DNA of 63,525 nucleotides, counting the filler, from Bilabrum cf. latius (taxonomy: Eukaryota): assembly GCA_965178125.1 (NCBI GenBank). It is 3 parts of 3 records of this genome, joined end to end, with 100 filler letters (N's around TTAATTAATTAA, not from the genome) between each part and the next. Parts side by side here need not be neighbours in the genome. Positions count along the whole stretch, not along the records: positions 50,636 to 63,525 come from CBCXTV010000062.1; 2 more parts are not named here. One strand, 5' to 3'. Under the pieces are notes generated by a model. The model saw nothing but the letters and a program-made list of their open reading frames with translations. It was not told the DNA's origin and did not search any database. A program made the translations under genes and the position numbers. Positions 52,463 to 63,525 of this stretch are shown here, piece by piece. Within the stretch, counting starts at the first letter, position 1, and each line of letters begins with the position of its first letter.

Positions 52463-55400
52463 TTGAGGACTTTGAGAGTGACGTCAATTACAGCAACGGC
52501 GGCTAGGCATACGCAATGGAGCAACGAACCCTGGCTCTGTTCTCGGAATCCACGGCATCACAACGAAAACCCCTCCGTCCTTCGACGAACGTACCTCCTG
52601 GTTCTCCTACGCTGCTCGGGTCGACGACGGGTCGACCTCACAGTGGTGAACGCCGAGAAACACGGACCAGCACTCAATCACAGGCTCCTCGGACGAGAAG
52701 CAATCCACGAACCGCTCTTCGACAGAGACCTTCTCAAGGATCCGGATACCGGTGTACAGTACTTCAACGACACACTTCGACCGCACTTCGTGAAAGGCAA
52801 CCAATCAGTGTTCCTGTGGCGGTCATTCTAGTTGCTGCTTTGCAACAGAAGTACTTATGACCTCGTGAAGTGGATCGGCAAGTTGGCAGTCCTACATAAG
52901 CGTGTCCAAGACGCCTGGACAGACCTTCTGCCGGCCATCGACGACAACAATCCCGAGTACCGAGCACAAGCAGTTCGCGCCAACGCCGTGCGATCACGGG
53001 ACGGACGCAACACCCTGGACCCTCTTGACCCTGAGGTCTTCGCCGAGTTCACGGAGCGCAAACAACGTCTCCAACGCGAAAACTTTCCGCTGAACGACCA
53101 CCTCTTCACGTTGACATTCGTCGCCCTTTCCGACTTGACGGAAGAACAGCGCGAGCGGCTACAATCCACCAAATCTCTCCGAAAACAGCGCATCCAAGAC
53201 TACACCTTTGACACAATCCGGGGCGTATTCGTGGAACTCTTCTGCGCACCGCGCAGCAGCCGTGACAGTCCAAGCCTACGATCCGGCGGCACCGGCCGTT
53301 CCTTCTGGATTCTCTGCATTCTCGAGGATGGACACATGGACTGCTACCAGGGGTTCTGGTGTCAAGACGACATGACCAGCGACGAAAGCTTCTCGCCAGA
53401 GGACACGTTCTGGGTCTTCGACGAGACCGCCGAGCTGACGGCCATGACGCACATGCTTTCATGACCGATCAAACCAACACAACAGCTTCTATGCAAAATT
53501 GGCGGACAAGTTTGACGCAATCCTGCGTATATGGCTCTGGATCTTGGGTGCACACGAGCCATGGGATCCAGAAAACCATGCGAAGCCTTCGCGAAGGAGG
53601 CTTCCTGGCACGGCATGCATGTGCAATACCCACCAGGCCAGACGAATTTTGCCTTTGCCAACGGGAAGACAACGAAGGTGACGACGACCTGCACTATCTG
53701 GTTCCCGACGAAGCCGCCGTCTCCCACACAAGTCGACGTTATCGACGAAGGCGCTGTTATATTTCCTTCTTCCTCAGATGATGATCCGTGTGGAACCAGG
53801 TTTTGCGTACGTCATCGGTCTTCCTTGCTGACTCAGGACTTGCGACTTGAGGTCTCTACGACAGAACATTCGGCGCTCGACTTGGCCTCCCTTCGCCACT
53901 GCCCGACCGGTCCAACGATGACCGTGACGCCGGGCGTGACGTTCGCGACGCACGGCACAGTTTGTGAGCGAAGGCCTGACACACAAGCCCCGAATGAGGA
54001 GACCGCGAAATCGAGCGCCGTGCCAGTCGGAGCACACGAGCGAGACCCCAACTATCCGGCGTGTCAAGGAAAACGCAGTAAACACGCGCGCGGACGCATT
54101 CGCAGGGAGATGGACGCCAACTTGTACGCCGATCCCCCCACGCTAGAGACGCTGCCGAGGTTCCGTGTGAGCGGACGAGAACTGACGCTCCGCCCGAGGA
54201 TCCGCGCCAAGAACCAGGCGCGCAAAAGGAAGTGGTGCGCGAGCGGTCGCCTCGACTCGAGCACCCGTCGGACGTTGGACGGATCTCAGGATCCAACACA
54301 GGACCGACGGAGCGACGCGACGCCCTCCTGGATCCCACTCCTCCGGTCCCGGAACCGCCTCCGGGGAACGATATCGACTAGGAACAAGGCGCGGTCCCGG
54401 CTGATTGCACGCCTGGACGACGACACGAAGCTTTGAGGTCTCCACCTCAAGCATTTCCCTGTGTCCACGTTGCAGTTTCTCAGACGAACTCCGCATCTCA
54501 ACCTTCCGCAGAAGATCTATGACCGCTTCGACCGTGTGATTCGCACTTGCGAATACTACAGCCGGCACCAGCCGGCGCCACACTGAGGCCTGGTGTCCGA
54601 CTTGCACGCAGAGAACTTCGGAGATCTTATCTTCTTGGACCATGACCAGGTGAAGATCAACGCGCAGAAACTCTTCCTCATCGTCCTTGCCGGAGTCACT
54701 GATTTCCTGGCGGCCTATCCTCAGACGACGCCAAGTCCGGAGGACATGGTCAGGAACATTCACGACTGGAGGGACACCTACTCGTGCAATCCCAAGCGCG
54801 TTGTTGCCGACGTGGCTTGCCACACACCAAAGACCGTTCGAGATTTCGTTCGGCATCGCAACGCTCGGCCAATGCTGACTGGACCGGCCACGCTGTGGCC
54901 CAACGGGGTCGAGTCTGGCGTATGTCTTTTCAAACGATTCTCCCGGGCACTCGCCGACGTCATGAAACGACCCAACCTAAGCCATGTGACTCCCCGACAA
55001 CTCATTCGCAAGGCCGCCGCGGCTCGCAACACGTCCATCGCCAAGAGCGGCAAGACACCGCTCGAGCTTGCCCTCTGTCGCCGGCCGCGCGATCTCCTCG
55101 ACGCGTCCACCGCGGCCCCGCAACGACCGACCGCGCAAGGCCGGGCAAGACAGACGAGGGGATCCAGAAGGTCGCCATAAAGATCCACCTTGAGGTCACG
55201 CAGCCGGAGGACCGCCGAAGAAACCTCGCCGCGTCCCTCTGGTTTATTGACGGAACATGCTTCCCAGGAGACCGTGTGTAGTACTGGCAGTCCAATCCGT
55301 CGGACATCCGGCATCGGCCAGTGGATTAAGGCGATGGCTTTCTCCGTCAGTGGGCCGATCTGCACCATCGACGCCGGCGCTTTGCTTCTCAAGGTCAATC

Positions 55401-58400
55401 AGTCGAAGTTGAAGAAGGAGCCGGACACTCCCGACAAGGATCGTCCGATCTCCAGCTCGCCCGAGTGATTCTCACGTGAGCGAGCGGCAGACGTCATTGA
55501 TGCACCACCCGGGGACAATCTTTGGCAGTGCTCTCACGGCGAGCCGCAACTGCCTTCAACTCTTCACCACTTCCGCACGTCTGAGCGCCGTTCTCCAAGT
55601 TAGGACTCAAGGTCGGACCGCCGACCGACACCCAATGTCAGACATCAAGCGACGCCGACGCGCTCATTACCAAGAGTTGACAGCTTGTTGAGCAGTGCGC
55701 CCCGTCCATTGTCTTCACGAGTCTCATTGACGCCGGGGCGAGCAATAGATCTCGCGTGAGCGCGCGGGTCAACGACTTCATGTTCGAAGTCGCCGCCTAT
55801 CAGATATCACGCGGACAGAGCTTTGTCTTGGGACTTTCAGAGCACGATGACTACAAGTACGAGGCTCCCTTCTCACACCGAGGCCAGCTCCCAAAGGTTC
55901 AGAGGAAGTGACGCAAGTTGCTTCATGACCGGGCGCCACGGAACGATACAGCCAGACAAGAACACGCCGACGCTGCGCCTCGCAAACAAGCTTGGCAACT
56001 CCATGGGGACAATTTTCCGACGACGCCCCGACTCCAATTCCCCTGACTCTCCACAGCCGGACTCCGCGGATGTCCAGTCTTGGGCATCCAGCGGCGTCAT
56101 GTCCGACCTGTTTGCCCATGACGCGGGCACGACGTCAGAGCCGGAGCAATGCTTCTTCCTGTCCGATGTGCTGGGCATCATGGCGCCCACCGCGGCCGAG
56201 GAGAAGGGGCTCTGCTACGACCTTAAGTCCCGCGTGAACGGACGGTCGGCTCGTGCGATGCGCACGGTTTCGGCGTTAGCCGGCCCAGAGCCAATAAAGA
56301 CGACGCTGAGTCCGAATATCCGCCAGGCCACGGCGGCGCTGGACAGCCTGCCCCTCGGGCGCCAGGTTTTTTTCTGGCGGACAACACCACCGCCATGGCG
56401 TCTTTCGCGGTTCCACACCTGTCTTCCCTTCGCTGGCGCTATCTTCCGGGCCAACTCTTCTACCACAGCAGAGTACTCCGAGGAAACAGTGGAATCACCA
56501 TGTCGGTGCGAGGAGTGGAAACAGAGGACAACGTTTGGGTCCTCATGTGGCAGACCGGCCAACATGACCCTGGAGTCCTCGGATGGCGATGGCTCCATGG
56601 ACGACAGGACGGTTACGCACGCAGACACGCCGATCCGTCCATCCCACAAGATCCTGACGGTGGACCGCCGCGGCCTCAAGGCGCCGGCCCGGCACATCAT
56701 AGGATCTCGTCAGCTCCCGATCCCGAACAGGACCGCGGGGGAGCTCAGCAATCCAAGAGTCACCAACGCCGTCGGCACCGGCGGCGCCTCCGGCACCTCC
56801 GTCACCTCGCGCCCATGTAGCGATCGCGATCGCAAGGGCGTGTGCCGTTGCCGCCTGCGAGACCGGCGACGCCGCTTTCGAGACCGGCGACCCTGTCCTT
56901 CCTACGCTAGGGTACGAGGACGAACATCCACACCGAGAGGCAGTTCTCCAAGACTCCGACAGAGACAGTGACGACGGCACACCTGCTCCAACAAGCACGA
57001 CAGGAGGGCAAGCAATGGGCAACCAAGCAACGGTCCCGCATCCAAGCCAGGACTCAACGGACAACCCTGCTACAAACCACTATCCGGAAGACTTCAACGT
57101 GTCCGACTCCCCCGCCTGCTTGGCAATGAGTTCGTCCGCGCACAGGATTGCATCGAATGCAAGATCATTCTCTTGCGTTCGTGGCGAGCTGAACCACCCC
57201 ACGACATCGATAGCATGCGCACACCGCCTATGGTACTGACCACGTGCTTCGAAGGCCCCACCTTCCTCTCACGTGAGTCTAGCATGAGCAAGCTGCAGTT
57301 GCGGCAAGACTTAGCCCTTGCGACAAGCGCGGCCGAGCAACGCGACCTTCAACAGTGCCCGAAGGCTGCGTCAATGGCAACTAAGAACCCGCTGAAGAAC
57401 AACGCGAGGAAGGAGGTCTCTTCCGCAAACCTCCGAAAGTACAAGGAACAGTTCGACCAGGCCCAGAAGCATGAGTACAAGTCGGACAATGACGTCGTCA
57501 GCCTCATCGACGATCGACGTCCGCAAGACCAAGCGTCGCAACTTTGTGACCGGACGTTGGGCGTTGACGATAAAGACCAATCAGAATGGAGCGTTCCGCA
57601 AGCGCAAGGCATGCTGGGGTCGTACGAGGTTTTCAGGAAGACAGACAGACGACCAACAGACAGACTCACCAACCGCCGCGCGACCAAGTTCCCGTCTTAC
57701 CTGCCAATTCGCTGCGCAGAGGTACGCGCGTCTTTCACATAGACCTCAAGACCGCCTTCCTTCAAGGCGAGGCGTACGTTGAAAGCCTGGCGTGGCTTGT
57801 CAAGCGCCTCTCGAGGGAGGACACCCTCGGAAAATCGCAGCTCGGCATAAGAAGCCAACATACGGGGCGATTCGCGCTCCGGTCGCTGGTGATATGGCTG
57901 ACGGGAAGTCCAGGTTGTATGGCATGACCCAAATGCGTCCGGATCCTGACCGTTATGTTCTCTATGATCATGCGACGAAGTCTCGCCTGAGCGACCACGA
58001 CAGTACTGCTAACACGTCTCGCGTGAGCAAGCCTGCGCAGAACTCGAAACTCAGCCGTATTCCCAGTACGCCGGACGCGGTCGAATACTTTCTCGACCCG
58101 ATCACCGGAAACCCGGCGCACGGGGAAATGCGTCGCAAGTGTGATCTCCCTGCACGTGGACGATCTGTTTGCGACAGCTGACCAGCTGCTTCAATACCAG
58201 TTCATCGCGCTGACTTCCAGGTCGGAGCAGAGATGCAGGACAATGCCTACTTTCTTGGCGAAAGAAGAATCCCCTGGTCTTCTACCGGAACAGCGCGCAA
58301 AGTGAAACGCTCCATACGAGTTGACCAAACCCTGGCTATTGAGGAACTCACAGAGATCTCCCTGGACCGAGGCATGAAGGGCGACGCTCCGCGCGCACCG

Positions 58401-59180
58401 AGCACGCGCGCCGCCTACCGCAGCGCGCTCGGACAACTCAACTGGTTACAGGCCCGCGCACAGTTCCACATCTGCTACCGTTTCTCGCCCTGCGCCTCGG
58501 CCTCTGCCGCGGCGACAATCGCCGACGTTCGCGCAGAGAGCAAGGCGGTCCGCGCCGTCCGTGCGACCCCTGTCACATTGAACTTGTTTGGCCCGTTCAC
58601 GGGACTCTCCGACTTGTCGGCTCTCCCGGCGCAGCATATCGGAACAACGCAGACAAGACATCGCAACGGGCACATGTGACGCTCCTCTGTGTCCCGCGTG
58701 AGCGGGCGGAAAAGAACACTTTTGGCTCTCTCATCACTTCGAAAGCCACAATGTCGACAGAACAGCCCGCTCCACCGCTGTCTCCGAACTGCATGAGTTC
58801 ATGAAACCCGATGGACGAGGCCAAGTCCTTCGCGGCCTGTGGATGGACATCCCTGGAGAAGTCGCCGACATTCACATGCACACCAACGCAAACAACCTAG
58901 CGGGGACCGCACCCACCACACACCTGCCAACACAGACGGACCCGATCCATATGATACAGATGCTTCCCAAGGAAGCGTGCTCGGGAAGCCTCCACGACTT
59001 AGCGTACATTCGAACCGCGCGCTCTTTTTCCGGCTGCTTAACGAAGCGCTCAGCCAAGCCACTCGAACTCATTCGCGCGCCCGCACTTGAGTCGGGAGTG
59101 CAACGTGAAGTGCATCTACATCCGAATTCTCGCACACTCACCAAGCATCGCGCCTTCTTGGCAGAGTGGCAGAGCATGTA
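52463..59180 (+). pseudogene. Fragmented gag-pol of element 3
   Basis: gag LRPHFVKGNQSVFLWR; PR MALDLGCTRAMGS (53531); IN LHLKHF, FGDLIFLDH, WPNGVESGV; RT HIDLKTAFLQGE (about 57740) and LHVDDLF (about 58150); many stops and frameshifts. Confidence 0.85.
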
Positions 59181-59699
59181 CACGAATATCGACCGAGGCT
59201 TCACCTCGGCGTCGGCAAGAGGTGAATGCGATTTCATAGGTGAATTCATGAGGTTGAAGAGGCTACGAAGACAGCGTCTGCATTTCGGTTTCGTGCCTCT
59301 CTCGTTTTTGCATTGTGTACATTGCATGCCTGCGTGCTTGTGCTTATTGCGCTCGCTTCATACATTTTTATGGGCTGTCGCTTTCCTGCAGTAGCCTCCG
59401 ACTCTGGCAGTGGCCCCATGCGCCAACGCTTTGCGTCGCAACGCCGCAGCCGAAGCTAGTATCGCGTGAGCGAGCTTCTGCTGCCCGACTCGTCGCCCGT
59501 TCACAAGACACCGCCTCAGAACACCTCGACATATACCGCCTGTCACAACAAGACATGAGGTCTCTTTGGGCGGCGTTCTTCCACAAGTCTCGCATGAGCG
59601 AGCCGGAAGTCGCCGACGAAGGTGAGGTGCCCAATCTAAATTGGGCAGCGAATGGGCGCGCGAGGTGCGAGCGTCGAAATGGCTCGCCCGCTCCGTGAA

Positions 59700-60300
59700 G
59701 CGCCTCGGCCTGACGATGACCGCTACCAAAATAAGCGTTCCTCATCAAGACCTGGTTCCCAACGCCCGGAATCTTGTACGCCGTCGTCAACCAGAATGCC
59801 AAAAGACGGTGTGAGCTCTCATGGGCTCATCAGTCTCGCATAAGTGAGCGTTCCGCATTTGCGCGGTGACAGGTCACAACGTCCGCGGCGTCGATCCCGC
59901 CGTGTCATCTCGCCAAACCTTTGCAGGCGAGGATAGCATCCCAGCGCGATGTGACCCGCCAGTGCTCGCTCCAATCGCGAGCGTCCCAACAATGCGCGTC
60001 CACGGCGCACGACTCGACAACGTACAAGGCATCCGGCGACAAAACTTTCTCCCCGGCGGCCCCCAGAAGTAACGAAATGCCGTGCATGTGGTAGCGCCGC
60101 TACCGGACGATGGCCAACGCGCTCTGTCGGGCCTCAGGGCCAATTCGGCGGTCTACATAGTCTTCGACCTCCACAACTGCTTGTTGGACGGTCGCCGCGC
60201 GTTCCTTTCGGAGAACGACGCGGTCTACATCTACGAAACGATCCCCATCTCATACGCGAGGTCCATCTTCAAGGTGTACGCGCGCAAAGAGATCTTCGGC
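59700..60300 (+). pseudogene. Degenerate Tpt1/KptA-like cargo domain of element 3
   Basis: In one frame: RICAVTGHN...VHGARLDNVQGIRRQNFLPGG..*RNAVHV...SGLRANSAVYIVFD...FLSENDAVYIYETIP. Confidence 0.7.
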
Positions 60301-62411
60301 CCGGAGCCCCGTGACGACGTGCGGACGATCTTGGACGATCATGTCCATGTGTTGGATACATGTTCAGCAATGCGCCAGAGCAAGTGGCGAGTGAAAATTA
60401 CACAAGACGCGCTCGCAAGATCGTGGTCACTAGAAGGCGACCGCCGCTAGAGGGGGTACATCGAAATACTACGCGACGCGGCACGCGTGATGCAGCCACT
60501 GCTCCGGGGCCCCCGGCGACACTGCCGACAACTGCCATGCAGCCGGCGCAAGTCTCGCATGAGCGAGCAAGTGACACCAAGCAAGAGGTGACCAAGGAAG
60601 AGGCCGATGAATGCGGCCGCCGCCGCAGAAGTGGTCAGTACTGGGGCCAATGCAAGGACCCGAAGAAGGATGATGCGAAGGAGGTCCGGTCCGAGCGCGC
60701 CAGTCTCGCGTGAGCGAGCATCAGAAGAGGAAGTGTCGATGCAAGACACATCGACGGCAGGAGTCTCGCACGAGCGACCGCGTGCCTCAAGCTCGGCCTC
60801 ATCAACATCGCACTGCACTCGGCGCTTTTCGAAAGGCTGGCATCTACGTACAGAACAGACGACGGCATTGAGGAAGAATACGATACACCAAACCTTGACA
60901 TGGAGACCTGCGTCCACGATCAAGAACTGAATTCCAACGCCCAAGACAGAAGCGCCCAACTGGGGCGTCTGCGGCACCGACGCGGACAGAGGACCCACGC
61001 GTGGATCCAAGCGCTCTGGCTCGTCTCGACGCTGCCAACTTTGGCAACTTGCAAGACCACTGTATGGCCAAGTGCTTCGAATTCTCGACCGGCTTATTTC
61101 CGTCCGGCTACGTGAAGAGGCTCGCCGACAGCCTTGACCAACATCACAGCGACTCCCGGCAACTCAGCGCCTTTTTCGTGACCTTCGGCGCGATCGTCAG
61201 GCCGTTGAACGAGATACCAAAATCGCAATGAGGTGTTTTGTCAGTGCTGGGGTTAAAAGTATGCTCAGAGTGTTCTGTCATGCGAGGCAGACACAACTGC
61301 CCAAATGGAACAGGAGACGTACGAGCGGTTCGGACTGGTCGGCAAGGGCAGCGAACACGGCGCGGATCTTGCCGTCTGTGCGCGCGGCCCGCGCACCGGC
61401 CCGAACGCTGTCCAAGTCCAGCTCATGTACGAGTTCCTGAACGACGGGACCCACGCGGCCACATACGACGTCTTCTTTGGCAACGTAGACAGTTCGCCCG
61501 ATTAGGGCGCCCCATCGTCGGCATCGGCGTCGCAGTCTCGCGTGAGCAAGCGCGCCTCTCAGTCTCGTGCGAGCGAGCACGAATGTGGCGTCAAGCGCGC
61601 CGGGACGGAACAGGTTCGCGCTACGGTGTCTCATATAGACCACAAAACCGCTTTCGAGAAGATCGGCAATGCGGAACGTTGCTTCACCTCGTTCCCCACA
61701 ATCGTGCTTGGAGTACAAAATGGACATCTACGCCTGAGATCCGGTACTACGGCAAACAACATGCAACGGATATGCCCTTTTCGATCGTGCAATGCTTGGC
61801 GCGCAGGCTGCTACACGATGTCAACAAGGACTTGCCCTTCGCTCGCCGTCTCTCCCAACAATCACAATGGCAACTTGACGAAGGATGATCCCGATTGTTG
61901 TGTCATGGCGAACTGAGGCTGGGGCAAAAGTACTCTCTCCAAGCTCGTCCGCGATTAACTGCAAGACGAGACCGCCGAACGGACATCTGAAGACACGCCA
62001 TGGCCGAGCAAATACTCCATAACGCCCTGCAACGCCTTGAGGCGCCTGGGAACTCCGACCTGACGACTGTTCCATTCGACGTCCGGCAGAGCCTCCACGT
62101 CGGACGCAAAACCTTGTGGCTCCCGGACACCGACTGCAGCTGGCACCTCCTGATCCTCGTCACATTGCGGGGGAACAGCAACAAGAAGTGGCGCCATAGC
62201 GGTCGGAAACGGGACAGAGCAAGACGATTGGCCGGAAAAGGGATTTCGCAACCGGCCATCGCAATCTCAACGGCCGTCGTGGCAAAATCAGTCTCGCATG
62301 CGCGAGCGGGGGTCAAGCGATGTGCGGTCAAAGCCGTACTTTCCTACAGATGCAGCTTCTTCTTTCCCCACTTCTCGCAAATGGGAGCAACAACAGCAAT
62401 CGTACTGCTCC

Positions 62412-62423
62412 AAGTCGGGGGAC
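62412..62423 (+). promoter_or_regulatory. Putative polypurine tract
   Basis: AAGTCGGGGGAC immediately before TAAAGTT, the near-inverse of the LTR end AACTTCA. Confidence 0.55.
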
Positions 62424-62863
62424 TAAAGTTGGGACTATGACCAGAACGGGGATTCGATCATCGGTGTGATGGAGAAGTCGAAGGGGATGGGGAACATCGC
62501 CAGTGAGATCTCAGTGACACAACTTCGCGTGAAGGAAGAAACGAGCGGTCACCGCATCTCACTGGGATTGAGATCGCCTGTACGATACAAATACACGCCC
62601 TGGTTTTTTCCGACGGCGAAGATAGCGTCTGTCTTTGTGTGCAGCGCAGGGCCCGTCGCGTCAAGCCCACATAATCCATCGCATTAGCACTCGCGTTCCC
62701 TACCCGAAGCTATTTCGCTTCCAAGTACATGCGCTTGCGATTCGCAGCCCAAACGAGCCGTCTCCACACCGTCTCCGACGTCACCAGCAATCTCGTTGAA
62801 GTACCTCGTACCGACGATCCAGAGCCCCATCCATCGACTCTACTTGCGCGACCACCAACTTCA
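62424..62863 (+). repeat. 3' LTR of element 3 (about 440 bp)
   Basis: Termini TAAAGTT...AACTTCA (one mismatch from a 7-bp TG..CA inverted repeat); homology with 52073-52300. Confidence 0.7.
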
Positions 62864-62920
62864 CCGGGCCCGGGCCCGGGCCCTGGCCCGGGCTCCGGCC
62901 CGGGACCGGGCCCGGGCCGG
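62864..62920. repeat. (CCCGGG)n-like tract, right flank of element 3
   Basis: Seen directly. Confidence 0.8.
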
Positions 62921-63525
62921 TTCCCTACCCCCAATCCTACTAGCCCCTGTCCTCCGTTCTGCCGATCGAGGGACACCCCCGGTCACTTGAGTCCTTATTG
63001 GTGTGGCGTTCCGTCGCAAGCCGAGCAAGCACTTTGGCGCAACGCGTCCATCCGTCGAGTCGGCCTCCACTCGACATTCCCAGCTTTCTGGCCCGCCACG
63101 TTATTGGGCAGAGCCCCTCTCTGGTCATCCGCCCCAAGCCCGCCCCGGCCATTGAATATAAATAGCGGGTCGCGCCGCTTTTCCATTTCACACAGGTTTT
63201 TGAATGGACACCCCGGTGTTTTCCAGGTGCCACCGTATCCCCCCCTCCATCTACCAATTTCCGGGTCGGCGTCCCTGCTTGGCGGCCGCGGGAACACTTT
63301 TGGTGCTGGAGGGCCGCAAGGGCTTCGGCCCGACCGAGACAAGTCCTCTTGGGCGGCTGGTATGCCGGGCCCAAGCGCCTGCACCGTCACGAGCGGCGCG
63401 ACGATGCTTGTTTTGCCGCATACCGGATCTGCCAACCACCGCTCTGTGCAACCAACATCTGTGTGTCCAGACTTGATCAATGCGGACCTTTGGGCGTGTG
63501 GGTGCTTGGGTCGCTACTGAATGCG

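Larger units (their letters stand above)
52073..62863 (+). mobile_element. Decayed Ty1/copia LTR retrotransposon, element 3 (about 10.8 kb)
   Basis: Diverged LTR pair, PBS, PPT, and remnants of gag, PR, IN, RT and RNase H in copia order. Confidence 0.85.

Overview
The window is three separate contigs joined by two artificial 100-bp linkers (44 N + TTAATTAATTAA + 44 N, at 25303-25402 and 50536-50635). Contig 1 (1-25302) starts at a chromosome end, (CCCTAA)n. It continues with five head-to-tail copies of one element; the four complete copies share the same centromere-side end (...CTTTATATTAGAT), each is truncated on the telomere side, and telomeric tracts separate them. Each complete copy carries 16 apparently identical 155-bp repeats. 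At 14796/14797 the sequence switches abruptly to Bacteroidota-type DNA (patatin/POTRA barrel, TetR, LolA-like, ABC transporter) with homopolymer frameshifts, most likely a chimeric join. Contig 2 (25403-50535, minus strand) holds two very large Ty1/copia-type LTR retrotransposons of the kind I associate with dinoflagellates. Contig 3 (50636-63525, plus strand) holds a third, decayed one with recognisable LTRs, PBS and PPT. The most interesting signals are: (i) all three copia elements carry a 3' cargo ORF with a Tpt1/KptA or related ADP-ribosyltransferase-like domain, and two also show a DNA-methyltransferase-like domain; (ii) each element is studded along its length with its own short hairpin/palindrome motif, conserved as nucleotides and, in the two elements with readable ORFs, read in more than one frame; (iii) the telomere-attached element array. 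All domain calls are by-eye motif recognition, not database hits.
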